The position numbers were made by a program, and so were the translations under genes. The notes beneath the pieces were generated by a model. The model was not told the DNA's origin, searched no databases, and was given only the letters and a program-made list of their open reading frames with translations. A DNA stretch of 64,000 bases from Gammaproteobacteria bacterium (GTDB lineage Bacteria; Pseudomonadota; Gammaproteobacteria; CBDBNL01; JAAOII01), in NCBI GenBank assembly GCA_965209035.1, contig OZ242372.1, positions 896,001 to 960,000 of the forward strand. The letters are read 5' to 3'. This document shows positions 1-12,300 of the stretch, piece after piece (positions within the stretch are counted from its first letter, which is position 1; every line of letters starts with the position of its first letter).

Positions 1-633
1 TTGAAGGCTACATCGCAGAACGAAGAAGCGAAGACATTGAATACCGGGAGGTTTTCCGTTCGCGAACATCGGTTGGATGCGGCAACATACTATCCCAGCC
101 GGCACTGCCAGCCAAGGTCGGGGGGAAATGCGCCGACATTAATTGTTCTGCATTCTATCAGTTTGCCGGCGGGGAAATACGACACCGATTATGTTCGGCA
201 ATTGTTTCTCGGTGAGTTGGACTGCGATGCGCATCCTTCCTTTAAGGACCTGCGAGAGCTCAGAGTATCCGCCCATTTGTTTGTTCGCCGCGATGCGGAA
301 ATTCTGCAGTTTGTTCCCTTTAATGTTGCCGCCTGGCATGCGGGAATCTCCTCTTATATGGGCAGCGAAAATTGCAATGATTTTTCCGTTGGCATTGAAC
401 TGGAAGGATCGCCAAAAGATACCTATACCGAAGAGCAATACGAATGTCTTGCCGGGATCTGCAACTGCCTGTTCGCGCAGTACCCGGGATTAAGCCCGGA
501 GCGGCTGGTCGGACACAAGGATATCGCAGCCGGCAGAAAGGACGATCCGTGGAATATGGATTGGGAAAAACTAAAAAGACAGCTCGGCAAAAACGCCCAA
601 TCTTTGACGGGGGGCGGCAGAAAGCTTATTTAA
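1..633 (+). CDS. ampD: 1,6-anhydro-N-acetylmuramyl-L-alanine amidase AmpD
   Basis: Motifs HSISLPAG, VSAH, AWHAG, NDFSVGIELEG, GHKDIAAGRKDDP; start at window edge uncertain. Confidence 0.92.
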   Translation: MKATSQNEEAKTLNTGRFSVREHRLDAATYYPSRHCQPRSGGNAPTLIVLHSISLPAGKYDTDYVRQLFLGELDCDAHPSFKDLRELRVSAHLFVRRDAEILQFVPFNVAAWHAGISSYMGSENCNDFSVGIELEGSPKDTYTEEQYECLAGICNCLFAQYPGLSPERLVGHKDIAAGRKDDPWNMDWEKLKRQLGKNAQSLTGGGRKLI

Positions 634-648
634 AGGATATAAAAAAAA

Positions 649-1182
649 TTAGGGGTCGCCGGGGGCATAGGTGCGATAGTCGGCACGCAGATGTCTGCCC
701 CACCAAAAGTTGTAGGGATGCACTTCATGCACACGCTTGTCGCCGCGGTATACCGGGTAATCCAGGTCCACCCATTCAAACAAGGATCCTTTTAGGTTGC
801 GGACATTGTCGTAGCCGGCGTCCCGTAATCGGCGGGCCATATCCGCCGAACGATATCCCAAAGAGCAATAGACGACAATTAATGTGTCCCGGGGAACATT
901 CGCATCCGCAAGAAACGCGAATGCCGTGTCCTCGTTCGGCACATTTTGTGCGCCGATTATTTGGCTGACCCGATATTCTTTCTCGGCGCGAACATCCAAC
1001 AAGAGCGGCGATTGCTCCGCTGCCAGCATGGTATGCAGGTCTGTGACGCCGATCATCCGCACATCGGGGTATTGAAGTTCAAGTTTCTCTTTGACCGCCC
1101 GGAAATCGTCCGCCTTGCCGATGAGCGGCACACAAATAAAACAAGCCAAACATCCCAATAACAGGAGCGGACGCAAGGTCAT
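649..1182 (-). CDS. Rhodanese-like domain protein with signal peptide
   Basis: LLLDVR..EY.VS.I.GA, VVYCSLGYRS, NLKGSLFEW; start taken at MTLRPLLLLG. Confidence 0.85.
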   Translation of the reverse strand: MTLRPLLLLGCLACFICVPLIGKADDFRAVKEKLELQYPDVRMIGVTDLHTMLAAEQSPLLLDVRAEKEYRVSQIIGAQNVPNEDTAFAFLADANVPRDTLIVVYCSLGYRSADMARRLRDAGYDNVRNLKGSLFEWVDLDYPVYRGDKRVHEVHPYNFWWGRHLRADYRTYAPGDP

Positions 1183-1340
1183 CCGCACGGCTCCGCCCGT
1201 TTTCCGTGTCCGGCGGGATGTTTTTACAACTTCACGATTCACAATAAAAAAAGCATGAAATTTTCCTTCCGGGACAACAAAACAACCTCATATGATATAA
1301 TACTATCTTATTATTATTATTAACAAATAGGAGGTAAAAA

Positions 1341-2321
1341 ATGAAAAAAATACTATCTGTTATTTCTCTGGCTGCTCTGTTCTTGGTCTCTGTTTACGGG
1401 ACACAAGCATTTGCCGCTGAGAAAAAATTTATCACCGTTGGCACCGGCGGCACAACCGGCGTTTACTACCAAGTGGGTCGCAATATCTGTCGTTTGGTTA
1501 ACAAGGACACGGCGACACACGGTATCAGCTGCAAGGCCGAAAGCACCGGTGGTTCCATTTACAACCTGAACACCATTCGTTCCAACGATCTGGATATGGG
1601 GGTTGCCCAATCGGACTGGCAATATCATGCTTACAAAGGAAGCAGCCGTTTTACCGACAAGGGTCCCTTTACCAAACTGCGGGCGGTGTTTTCTGTGCAT
1701 CCAGAACCGTTTACGGTTGTGGCGCGCGGCGATGCCGACATCAAGACCTTTTATGATCTGAGAGGGAAGCGTGTCAATATTGGCAATCCTGGCTCGGGTC
1801 AACGCGGCACTATGGAAAGTGTCATGGAAGGGTACAAATGGACCAAGAAAACTTTCAAAGCCGTGTCGGAACTTAAAGCCGACGAGCAGGCCCAAGCAAT
1901 GTGCGACAACAAAGTGGACGCCATTGTCTATACGGTCGGACATCCGAACGCCAATATCAAGCAGGCAACCACTCTGTGTGATGCCGTGCTTGTGCGTGTG
2001 GACGGCAATCCGATTAAACGGCTGGTGGACGGAAACGACTATTATCGTTGGGCGACCATTCCGGGCGGTCTTTACAAAGGAAACGAAAAAGATGTCCGCA
2101 CCTTCGGGGTGGGCGCAACCTTTGTGAGTTCCTCGGATGTGGACGACGATGTGATCTATCAGGTTGTGAAGACCGTGTTTGAAAACTTTGACGAGTTCCG
2201 TCGTTTTCATCCCGCCTTTGCCAACCTGGACAAAAAAGCAATGGTCAAGGACGGTCTTTCCGCACCCTTGCATGCCGGCGCACTCAAATACTACAAAGAA
2301 GCAAAGTTAGTGACCAATTAA
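1341..2321 (+). CDS. TAXI family TRAP transporter solute-binding subunit
   Basis: Signal peptide, GTGGTTGVYY, STGGSIYN, GNPGSGQR, PLHAGA; SD GGAGG upstream. Confidence 0.93.
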   Translation: MKKILSVISLAALFLVSVYGTQAFAAEKKFITVGTGGTTGVYYQVGRNICRLVNKDTATHGISCKAESTGGSIYNLNTIRSNDLDMGVAQSDWQYHAYKGSSRFTDKGPFTKLRAVFSVHPEPFTVVARGDADIKTFYDLRGKRVNIGNPGSGQRGTMESVMEGYKWTKKTFKAVSELKADEQAQAMCDNKVDAIVYTVGHPNANIKQATTLCDAVLVRVDGNPIKRLVDGNDYYRWATIPGGLYKGNEKDVRTFGVGATFVSSSDVDDDVIYQVVKTVFENFDEFRRFHPAFANLDKKAMVKDGLSAPLHAGALKYYKEAKLVTN

Positions 2322-2359
2322 TCGGTAACTAGCCTACGCTTTTTTAAGCAATGTGGTTA

Positions 2360-2393
2360 AGAAGTCGCGAGGAAACTTGCGGCTTCTTTTTTA
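2360..2393 (+). terminator. Probable intrinsic terminator after the TAXI gene
   Basis: AGAAGTCGCGA-ggaaac-TTGCGGCTTCT hairpin followed by T run. Confidence 0.65.
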
Positions 2394-2518
2394 AAGTTGC
2401 ACGTTTCACTGCAACTTCTTTTTTAAGGTTGCACGTTTTACGGCAACTTCTTCTTTTAAATCCTACGGGAAACTTGCGGCTTCTTTTTTATTCTTCTTTA
2501 AAAGAGGAACTAACGGCA

Positions 2519-3655
2519 ATGACATTGATGCACCGGGCAGCCTTTTGGATAGCCCTTTTTTGCTTTTTGGTGATTCTGCCGGAGACCTCTCATGCCACCG
2601 AATATAAAGTAACCGTTCTGGCAAAAAATCTGCCGCAGTCCTGGTCTTTAGTGATTCTGCCGGACCGCCGTATTTTAATTGCCGCTAAAAATGGCAACAT
2701 TGTTTTATTGGAAACGGACGGGCAAACAAAAAAGGCGGGCAAAATATCGGATTCCTTTTCTCACGGGCAAGGCGGGCTAATGGACTTGACGCTGAGTCCC
2801 AATTTTGCCAAGGACTCTCTTGTCTACTATTCTTATACATACAGGGGTGCGGGCGAAAATTTTGGCAAACACGGGACGGCATTAGGCAGTTTTCAATGGG
2901 AAGGCGCCGGCAACAGGATTCGCAACCAACAAACGCTTCTACGAGCCGCCAACCTCGGCTACACCGGCCGGCATTTTGGATCCCGCATCATTTTTGACGA
3001 GCGCGGTTTTTTGTATCTGGCTTTGGGCGATCGCGGCGAGCCGGCTGAGGCACAAAAACTCAACACACACAAAGGAAAGGTTTTGCGTCTTACCCGGGCA
3101 GGCAAGGTGCCGCCGGATAATCCGTTTGTCCATCGCAAGGGGGCGCGTGCCGAGATATACTCCTACGGCCATCGCAACCCGCAAGGAATGATTTTTGACC
3201 CAGGCGCGGACGGCAGCATCTGGCTGCACGAACACGGCCCCAAGGGCGGCGACGAACTGAATCTTATCTTGCCGGGTGCGAACTATGGCTGGCCGGTCAT
3301 TTCTTACGGCATCAATTACGACGGCAGTCGGGTCGGCAAGGGAATCACCGCCAAGCCGGGTATGGAACAGCCGCTCGTGTACTGGGTGCCGTCCATCGCG
3401 CCGTCCGGGATGATTCGTTACAAAGGCGATAAGTTTCCGCAATGGAAAGGCGATTTCTTCGCGGGGGCACTCGCAGGGCGGCATCTGCGGCGCATCATCA
3501 TGCAAGGCGGCAAACCGAGCGGGCAAGAAGAATTACTGGCGGGCGAAGGCCGAATTCGCGCAGTGGCACAGGACAAAGACGGCTATATATATGTCCTGAC
3601 CGATGCAAGAAACAGCAAACTGCTGCGTTTGGAACCGGTCAGCCGGCGTCATTAA
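2519..3655 (+). CDS. PQQ-dependent sugar dehydrogenase (glucose/sorbosone dehydrogenase family)
   Basis: GQGGLMD, HFGSRI, YGHRNPQG, EHGPKGGDELN, GANYGWP, SIAPSG; signal peptide from ATG 2519. Confidence 0.9.
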   Translation: MTLMHRAAFWIALFCFLVILPETSHATEYKVTVLAKNLPQSWSLVILPDRRILIAAKNGNIVLLETDGQTKKAGKISDSFSHGQGGLMDLTLSPNFAKDSLVYYSYTYRGAGENFGKHGTALGSFQWEGAGNRIRNQQTLLRAANLGYTGRHFGSRIIFDERGFLYLALGDRGEPAEAQKLNTHKGKVLRLTRAGKVPPDNPFVHRKGARAEIYSYGHRNPQGMIFDPGADGSIWLHEHGPKGGDELNLILPGANYGWPVISYGINYDGSRVGKGITAKPGMEQPLVYWVPSIAPSGMIRYKGDKFPQWKGDFFAGALAGRHLRRIIMQGGKPSGQEELLAGEGRIRAVAQDKDGYIYVLTDARNSKLLRLEPVSRRH

Positions 3656-3812
3656 ACAAACAAGGTCTATTTTAAGTTTGGCGGGCGAAGGCCGAGTTCG
3701 CGCAGTGGCACAGGACAAAGACGGCTATATATATGTCCTGACCGATGCAAGCAACAGCAAACTGCTGCGTTTGGAACCGGTCAGCCGGCGTAATTAAACA
3801 AGGTGTATTTTA
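3537..3812. repeat. ~142-bp tandem duplication of the convergent gene-end junction
   Basis: 3537-3672 near-identical to 3679-3812. Confidence 0.9.
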
Positions 3813-5241
3813 GATAAAGATATTCGTCAATCCCGTATTTGGAGCCTTCGCGGCCGAAGCCGGATTCTTTAACACCGCCAAACGGAGCAACTTCCGCGGA
3901 AACCAGCCCGCAGTTGACTCCCACCTGACCGGATTCCAACGCCTGTGCCACCCGATAGGCACGCCCGATATGTTCCGTAAAAAAGAAGGCGGCCAGTCCG
4001 TGCCGACTGTCGTTGGCTCTTTTGATCACTTCCTCCTCGGTAGAAAACCGGAACAGCGGAACAACGGGGCCAAAGATCTCTTCCTGTGCCGGCGGCGCGT
4101 CCGGCGGGACATCCGTAAGAATGGTCGGCTCAAAGAAGGTTCCGCCCAGCGAGTGCCTCTTGCCGCCACAGATCACTTTTGCCCCCTTCTCAACGGAAAG
4201 CCGAATATGCCGCTCTGTCTTCGCGACCGCCGCTGCGTTAATCAAGGGACCCTGATGAACGCCTTCAGTCATGCCGTCGCCGACGCGTAACTTTTGCACT
4301 TCGGCTTTAAGCAGCTCGGCGAACTCCGCGTAAATGTCCGTATGAACATACACTCTGTTGGCACAGACACATGTCTGCCCCGAATTGCGAAACTTGCTCG
4401 TCATCAGTTCCCGCACCGCCACGGGCAGGTCCGCATCTCCGAATACGATAAAAGGAGCGTTGCCACCCAATTCCAGGGAAATCTTTTTCACCCCGTCGGC
4501 ACACTGCCGCATCAAAAGTTTGCCGATACGCGTGGAGCCGGTAAAACTGATTTTCTTTACCCGCGGGTCCCCGGTTAAGGTTTCGCCGATCGGCGCGGCA
4601 TCACCGGTCACAATATTGAGGAGGCCGGGCGGGAAACCCGCCCGGTCGGCCAGAACCGCCAACGCCAATGCCGTGTAAGGAGTGAGTGCGGCCGGTTTTA
4701 TCACCATAGGACAGCCGGCCGCCAAAGCGGCGGCACACTTGCGCGTGATCATGCCGGCGGGAAAATTCCACGGGGTGATCGCGGCGGATACGCCCAACGG
4801 TTGTTTTGTCACTCTCACTTCGGTGCCGGCTCTGACAGCCGGTATCACATCGCCGTAAACTCTTTTACCTTCCTCGGCAAACCAATGCACAAAAGAAGCA
4901 CTGTAGTCTATCTCCGCCTTGGCTTCCGCAAGCGGCTTGCCGTTCTCCAAAACCAGAATATGCGCAAGTTCGTCCCGATGTTTCAATATCAAAGCGTGCC
5001 ACGCCATCATCAAGGCCGCCCGCTGTTTTGCCAGCATATCGCCGCCGCCCCATTGCACGAACACCGCTTCCGCGGACTCTATCGCCCTTAGGGTTTCGGC
5101 CGCACCCATATTCGGCACAGTGCCCAGGATCTGACCCGTTGCCGGATTTGTGACTTCCAATGTGTTGCCGGAATCGGCGGGACAAAATTGACCGCCTATA
5201 TAAGCATGTTCTCTTAGCAAACTTAATTTCATATTAAGCAT
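3781..5241 (-). CDS. gabD: NAD(P)-dependent succinate-semialdehyde dehydrogenase
   Basis: ITPWNFP, FTGST, LELGGNAP, FRNSGQTCVCAN, EEIFGP, GGVKESG.GREGSKYG. Confidence 0.92.
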   Translation of the reverse strand: MLNMKLSLLREHAYIGGQFCPADSGNTLEVTNPATGQILGTVPNMGAAETLRAIESAEAVFVQWGGGDMLAKQRAALMMAWHALILKHRDELAHILVLENGKPLAEAKAEIDYSASFVHWFAEEGKRVYGDVIPAVRAGTEVRVTKQPLGVSAAITPWNFPAGMITRKCAAALAAGCPMVIKPAALTPYTALALAVLADRAGFPPGLLNIVTGDAAPIGETLTGDPRVKKISFTGSTRIGKLLMRQCADGVKKISLELGGNAPFIVFGDADLPVAVRELMTSKFRNSGQTCVCANRVYVHTDIYAEFAELLKAEVQKLRVGDGMTEGVHQGPLINAAAVAKTERHIRLSVEKGAKVICGGKRHSLGGTFFEPTILTDVPPDAPPAQEEIFGPVVPLFRFSTEEEVIKRANDSRHGLAAFFFTEHIGRAYRVAQALESGQVGVNCGLVSAEVAPFGGVKESGFGREGSKYGIDEYLYLKYTLFNYAG

Positions 5242-5257
5242 TTAAACCTTTATGCTT

Positions 5258-5595
5258 TTAAAGTAGGAAACGCAAGGCAAACATTGTAATGGCAATTGCT
5301 CCGCTCACCACGGATGTCAAGAGCACACCGAGATGTATGCTCTGCAAAATGATTAACAATCTGCGAGTGGCGAGAAATGCCTTAATATCTCCTTGCAGCG
5401 AAGAAAATGATTGATTCATCTTGCTACGCATTTATTCATCTTGCTTCGCAAGGAAGAAGAGATGGATTGATCCAAAGCATGATAATAGATGTCCGTTTTG
5501 GCCAATTCGGCGGCGACACGTTGGGCATGTTCTGCCGGGATACCGGCGGCACGCAACGCGTGATACATTTCACTGTTTGGTTCACTGTTTAGCAT
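5258..5595 (-). pseudogene. Split coiled-coil/TM protein, DUF1640/CCDC90-like
   Basis: ALRAAGIPAEHAQRVAAEL (5595-5416), then a second frame 5419-5258 MNQSFSSLQGDIKAFLATRRLLIILQSIHLGVLLTSVVSGAIAITMFALRFLL with C-terminal TM helix. Confidence 0.45.
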
Positions 5596-5786
5596 ATTCC
5601 CTTTTTTCTTCCCATTTTTCATATGATTGCCTCTTGGTTATCCTGTTTCCAAAATAACCGCCAAGGTCTCATCTGCCCGAGTAAAAACCCAAACAGACAA
5701 AGATATTATAGCACCAATAATCCGGCCGGATGATCACTGTCTCATAGACACTTTTAATTAGGGAATGACAGCGTTATAATGGAGTT

Positions 5787-6302
5787 ATGAGAAAAAAAGA
5801 AGAGCAAAGAAGAACAAAAACGATCTCTATGTTTGACTTCGTTCGGATGTTTTCAACGGAGGAAAAGGCCCGGGCCTTTGTCGAGAATAAGTTATGGCCG
5901 GAAGGTGCACAGTGTCCTCATTGTGCTAGTCGTCGTGTCAGCGAGAAGGCGAGTATGGCGGGTTATCGGTGCAAGGATTGTCGGAAGGACTTTACAGTTC
6001 GGCTTGGGACGGTCTTTGAAGATACTCATCTGCCATTTAAGACCTGGCTGTATGCGATGTATTTGATTCAGACGAGTCGCGAAAGGATCTCGTCGGTACA
6101 ATTATCCAAAGAACTGGGCGTAACTCAAAATACGGCTTGGTTTTTAGGTCGGCGCATCCGGGCGGCGGGTCAGCAAAGTCGTCGTTTATTAAGAGGTCTG
6201 GTCGAGATGGATGAGACCTATAGCGGTGGTTTGGAAAAGAATAAGCATCGCGGACAGTGCGGGGGTGCGGTCAAGGCCGGTTGCGATGGAGCAAGTGAAT
6301 AG
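5787..6302 (+). mobile_element. IS1595 family transposase, 3'-truncated
   Basis: WPEGAQCPHC..YRCKDC Zn ribbon, HTH ISSVQLSKELGVTQNTAW, VEMDETY; rest of DDE domain missing. Confidence 0.88.
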
Positions 6303-6378
6303 TCAGAACATCCAATCTTCCTCAACCCAAATAAGTCCATCCTCTCACCAGTTTCCTCGCAGCAATATATTGAAACTC

Positions 6379-9300
6379 TCAATATCTTTCACCATACTCC
6401 CAAGCCCCTTTATACAGGCTGCGACAACCGCCGGAGCCGACTCTTTCATCGCGACAAGAAATCACAACATCAAGCGGTCGGCGCGCCCGAACGAACGGCG
6501 GCGCAAACACAAAGGACCTGCGTGCCGACAGATCCGGTGCGGCATAGCCGTTTACATCTGTCACAGACAAAGTATAGTATCCCCAAAGCGAAAGAGGGAT
6601 TTCGGTTTCTCGCCGATAAATGACTCTTTTCCACGCGGAATAATCGATATTGCCGGCGACATTGGATGCGGTTTCCGGCGTCCGATCTATGGTTTCTACC
6701 GAACGGATAATTAAGTATTCTCCCGCCGGAATACGATAGTAACCGCTGCTCGTCCGAATTGCATCCGTGGCCTCGTTTTGACGATTGACCGTTTGCACCC
6801 GGTAAACGGAAGCAAACCCGGCTGTTACCCTTGCCGGACTGCGATAAGATACTTTGGGGAACCCGGCTTCCGTTTGATAATGCGGGGAGGGGATGGCCGG
6901 GAGAGAACCCGAGCCATGATGTTCACATCTGGAATGGGTTACCTGACTGTCGGGAACATGCCCGGGATAGCCGTTGCCGTGCGGAGACGGCGTGGCACGA
7001 TGCACATTACGATAATAATTTGCCAAATAGTCATAACGATAAAATCTTCTGTGTCTGACTCTTGTGAAGGGCCAACTGCCCGTCCGCCCGCAACTTGTGT
7101 CGTTTCTCCGGCGAACATAGGTTTGGGTGACATAATTGCGGCGATAGGAATTCACCTTGCGGTATTCCGAAGAATAGAATGTCACTTCCGTTCTTGCCGG
7201 CGGCTCAAAACGCACCCAAACCGGATAATCCGAAAAGGTGTTGCGTATCCTCCAGATGCGCACGGACTGTTGCCTCAGCGTTAGTCCGTAGTTTTCCGCA
7301 CGCCTCAGGTTATTCGCAAACGCGGGCCCGACTTCCGCTTCAAAGAGCGGCTCCTCCGCCAACACCCGAACGCGAAAACGCGTTTTACGCCGGATACAGT
7401 TACCTACTTCGTCGCAAACTTTTAATTCTATGCGATGGATGATTTCCGCTCCTTCCGCATACCAAAGCGGCTGCCCCGGTGCATTTAAAAACTCGTCCGT
7501 GAACGCCACCGTCGCAAGAGCAAAGCCGCCCGGTTCATTCATACCGACAAACGGCAGCGGTCGGTGCGTAAAACGGGGGATAAAATTCTCCCGGGCGCAT
7601 TCCGCGTAAGGACGCCGAGTTCCTTCGGTATCTCGCCGGCAACGAATCTGCGTGTAAGAATATGTAATATTCAGATTCTCCGGAAAGGTATGGTAGCCCC
7701 CGGGAGCCGCGGCGGAGTCGCGCACACTGATGCGCAAGTAGGCAACTCCCCGTGCGTTCATATCCGCAATATGGACCGGGTCGGCGGCGGAGGCATTCAG
7801 CCGCGTTGCCGATTGCGGCAGAAGCATCAGAATGGGCTCCGTTATTTGGTTGCCGCCGTGCGCGGCATCGGCATCTTCCCACACATAATAATCGGCCGTG
7901 TTGGCACTCAGCCGCGGGCAATCGGCGGGGACATTACGATAGTAGGGCTCCGCGGATGTGGACCGCCGGCCGCCGCATCTCGGATCATTGCGGTTATACG
8001 CCAAAGTCCGCTCCGATGTGACCGCCAGATTTCTAATCTCATTCGGGCGGTTGCCGTCATGACTGATATGAGTCACATAGTCGCCGCAGTTACCATAGAT
8101 GTCGCATGCCCGGACGCGAACGGATCTGTGATTCGCTTGCCGCACATCGTAATCGCGACAAGAAAATTCTTGTACTTGTCTGTCAATTGTCGCTCTCACC
8201 GCCGATACGAAATTTCCGTCTTGGTCCGAACAAACAACCGAAGCAAGAGACGCCTGCGGCATCGCAATAGAATAGGTGCCGGTAATTGCGGTGCGCTCGC
8301 TTTGAACAAGTACCGGATGCGTAAAGTCAATGCGCGGCGGTTGCTTGATGATGAGAATTCTGACGGAAGTCGCCGCGGCATTTTCCAAGGTGTCCGCCGC
8401 CACAACCCGCAATGTATGTTCGCCGCCGGGCAGATCCGCGAGATGGAGCACAATTTCCCAAATGTTTGCGGACACCGGCGTTGCCGGATGTTCGGCAATA
8501 TCGCTGACCGAATAAACGACACCGGCCAACGGGCTGTGCGCGTCCGTCACCCGGTAACGCAGGGTGATGTTCCCGCTGCCGCCGGCTATCAGATCATACT
8601 CGTCCGAATGCGGGTGCGCCGAGATCGGATGCGGGTCGGGCGGGGTTCTGTCTTTAATCACATTCAGGATCCGCGTATAAGAACGACCATAACTTGCAAC
8701 AAGTTGAATTCGGATATCTGTCCCGCCGTCCCTTTGTTGCGTAATATCAACAAGGCATCTCAGTAACCGCTGCCCGCCCGATCCCCTAACGATAGTCGCG
8801 CGCACGACTTCGCTGAGAGGCGCCTTACAAGTGGCATCGTAGTTTCCCGCATAGGTTCCCGAGTCCAGGCGAGCAACCAGCGAGTAAGTATGTTCGTTGG
8901 TTCGCCCGGCACTAACACGCGTAAGGGCGGGCTCATCGCGCAGCACCAAAAACGCATGCTGAAATGTCCGGGTATGTCCCAGCGTGTCTGACGCCCTCAG
9001 CGTCAATATGTGCGTGCCTGTGGCAAGAAGATGGGTCGACAAACTGATCTCCCGCTCCGCGCCTGTGCCGGGAATTGGCAACTCCTCGCCGTCATCGATT
9101 TGCCGGGTCATGGCAACCACTGCCGATTCGGCATCCGTGATGCGAAACGAAATAGTAACCGGCCCGTCCGTATATTCGTCCGCCAATCCCGCCAGTGCGC
9201 GAATCTCCGGTGCGACGGTATCCTTAATCACCGTAATCTCTCTTCGATAAAAACGACGATAGTCGTGGCCGTAATCCGCAGTCAATAGGATCCGAACCGC

Positions 9301-12300
9301 GTGTGTGCCGTCGCGCGCCGAGCGCATGTCCAACGGGCATACAAGAACATTGTTGCGGATGCTCGCGATGACCGATGAGCCACCCAAAGAGCAAACTGCC
9401 GTATAGCCGCCCGCCCAACTGCCGGCATCTATTTCCGCCGTCAGTTGATAGTGTTCCTCATTGGTGTGTTCGGCACTCGTCCGCGTAAGAGACGGCTCGT
9501 CGCGCAGCACCAAAAATGCATGCCGAAATGTCCGCGTATGTCCCAATGTGTCCGACGCTCTCAACACCAATTCGTGCGCGCCTGTGGCGAGAATATGCGT
9601 TGGCAAACTGATCTCCCGCTCCGCACCTGTGCCGGGAATTGGCAATTCCTCGCCATCGTCTGTTTGACGGGTCATGGAAATCACTGCCGAGACGGCATCC
9701 GTGATACGCAACGCAATAGTGACCGGCCCGCCCGTATATTCGTCCGCCAAGCCATTCACAGCGCGAATCTCCGGCGCGGTAGTGTCCTTAATGACCGTGA
9801 TCTCTCTTTCATAGAAACGCTGATAGCCGTGGCCGTAATCCGCAGTCAGCATCACCCGAACCGCGTGTGTACCGTCTCTCACTTCGCCCATATCCAACGG
9901 ACAAGTCAGAATACCGTTGCGGATACGCGCGGTAACTTGCGAGCCACCCAAAGAACAGAAGGCCGTATAGCCGCCCGCCCAACTGCCGGCATCAATTGCC
10001 GCCGTCAGTTGATAGTATTCCTCTCTTGTGCGTTCGGCACTCGTCCGCACAAGAGACGGCTCGTCGCGCAGCACCAAAAACACATGCCGGAAAACCTTTG
10101 TATGCCCCAATGTATCCGCCGCCCGCAACACCAATTCGTGTGTGCCTGTCGCGAGCAGATGTGTCGGCAAACTGAACTCCCGTTCCGCACCCGAACCGGC
10201 AAGCGGCAATGCCTCCTCATCGTCCGTCTGCCGGGTCACGGCAACCACTGCCGAGACGGCATCCGCGATGCGAAACGAAACTGCGACAGGTCCCGTCGTG
10301 TATTCGTCCTCCAATTCCGTAATCGCGCGGATCTCCGGCGCGGTTGTATCTTTAATGACAGTGACCTCGTTTTCGTATGTATGCTCGTATGAAATTCCAT
10401 CGTCTCCTCTGCCGTAGTCGGCGGTCAACAGAATCCGAATTCTGTGTGTGCCGTCTTGCCGGGAACTCATATCCAACTGACAAGAAAGAAGATTGCCGCC
10501 AATCAACGCGGCCGTGATTCTGTTGTTGATCTGACAGGTTGCGGTGTAAAGTCCCGTATAGGTTCCGGGATCTATGCGCGCCCGCAGCCCGTAGAGTTCC
10601 GCTTCGGTCAGTTCATCCGAAACAAGTGTTACGGACGGACGGTCGCGCAGAACCGCGAACGAACGGGATCTTGTCAGCAGATTACCGGCCGCATCCCGAA
10701 TGCGAAAAACAACACTGTGGCGGCCCGTTGCCAGTTGTCCCACATCTATTGCGAGTTCCGCCGCCGGGTCACTCTCGCCGGCAGCCCAAATCATTTTTAA
10801 GTGTGTTTCCGCGCCGCCGTCAATTGCATAGGTGGCAAGTGTGATGTTTGACAGATCCCGAATCCTAATCCGCAACAAATGCACATCTCCCGTTGTGAAA
10901 AAAGACGGAAAGCCGGCAAGATCCGCCACGGGCGGCGAAGTATCCTTGTAAACCGGAAACGCCGCAAGAGTGCACAGGTTGTAGTCGCCGCAAACGCGGA
11001 TTTCCAATGTGTGTTCTCCTTCCGGCAGGTTGCTGAACACCAGCGGGCAGCCGCCCGCACCGGCAAGATAATCGCCGGTGACAAACCCGGTCCGACCGAC
11101 CAAACGACAATGTGCTCTCAGATTGGAATAGGAGTTTTCCAGGATGTCAAAAACAGCCGCATAGGCATCGCGGGCAAAGAGTGGCGATGAGTTCAAAGTA
11201 ACAGTCGGCGGCCGATTAAACACAAAAAGTGTTTTTTGATATACACCCTCGTTGCCGATATTGTCGGCGACCCTGAGAGTGAAATCCGTATCACCGGAAC
11301 CAAAACGCGCGGAATCAAAAAAGACCGCATACTCGTCGGCGGACCCGGCAATCGGCATTGCCTCGCCGCTAATCGCTTCCCCGTTGCCGGTGACAGTCCA
11401 AACAGGCAAGCCTGTTAAAAAACTCCGAGTATCGGAGATGCGAAAGCGCAACGACACATTACCGGAATGAACCGCATCCGAGTCTGTCGACAGGATCATC
11501 GGCGGCGTCCTGTCAAAAACGATACGTTTCGCCCGGCGGGCGCAGATGTCCGACGAAAATTCACTATCGCACAGACGCATGCGAATCAGGTATTCGCCTT
11601 CCCGGGGAAGAACCGGCAGACAACGGACACGCTCGCCGACTATGGTCACCGGATAGGATTCCAAGTCATCCGTGGCATTGGCAAGAATGCATTCGCCGCT
11701 GTCAACCTGCTGTCGGGTATGCGCCGGGGTCACTTCCGCGTCCAGTTGGTAATTCGCAGACCTTGTGTGATCGGCACTTAGAAAACGAATGCTCGGCGGG
11801 TCATTGACGGCAATCGCTTGAAAATGATAGGTTTGATTATTGCCAAGTACATCTCGCACCCGCACAAGATAGTTTGCTTCTCCGCTGCCGTCACCCGCGG
11901 TATCAAGCGAGACAAGATATCTCTTGCGAGGGCTGCCCGCCGACAGGTCGTCCGTCTCTTCCAGAATAACACCCGGCGCGCTCGGTCCCCAAACTTCCAA
12001 GGACTCTGTCCCCGTCAGGTCCTCCGCGAGAATGCTAATGTTAACCAGGCCGCTGAGAATACGCGGCACAGGTTCCAGCCAGGTCACGCGCGGTGCGGTC
12101 GCATCCAGGGACGGCGAACCGCCTTGCTCGCGAAAGACCGCCGCGTTTGTGTTGCCGTTCATGTTGTCCGCCAACCGATACACCTTGCCGCGGCCACTGC
12201 GGTTACGTATTTGGTTGTGTTCGCTTTTGTCGTAAAAATCCAACAGGGCGCGCGGAATGTCCGTCCGATAGGTTTGGGCGGACAGCCGGCGAGGCGAGCG

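Noticed and set aside
1353-2273. 306-aa antisense ORF, and similar long antisense ORFs at 7564-8766, 9445-10392 and 37919-38755
   Set aside because: Antisense shadows of well-supported genes with no recognisable motifs.
2351-2518. N-terminal extension of the PQQ dehydrogenase ORF
   Set aside because: Overlaps a terminator and repeats; the signal peptide begins at 2519.
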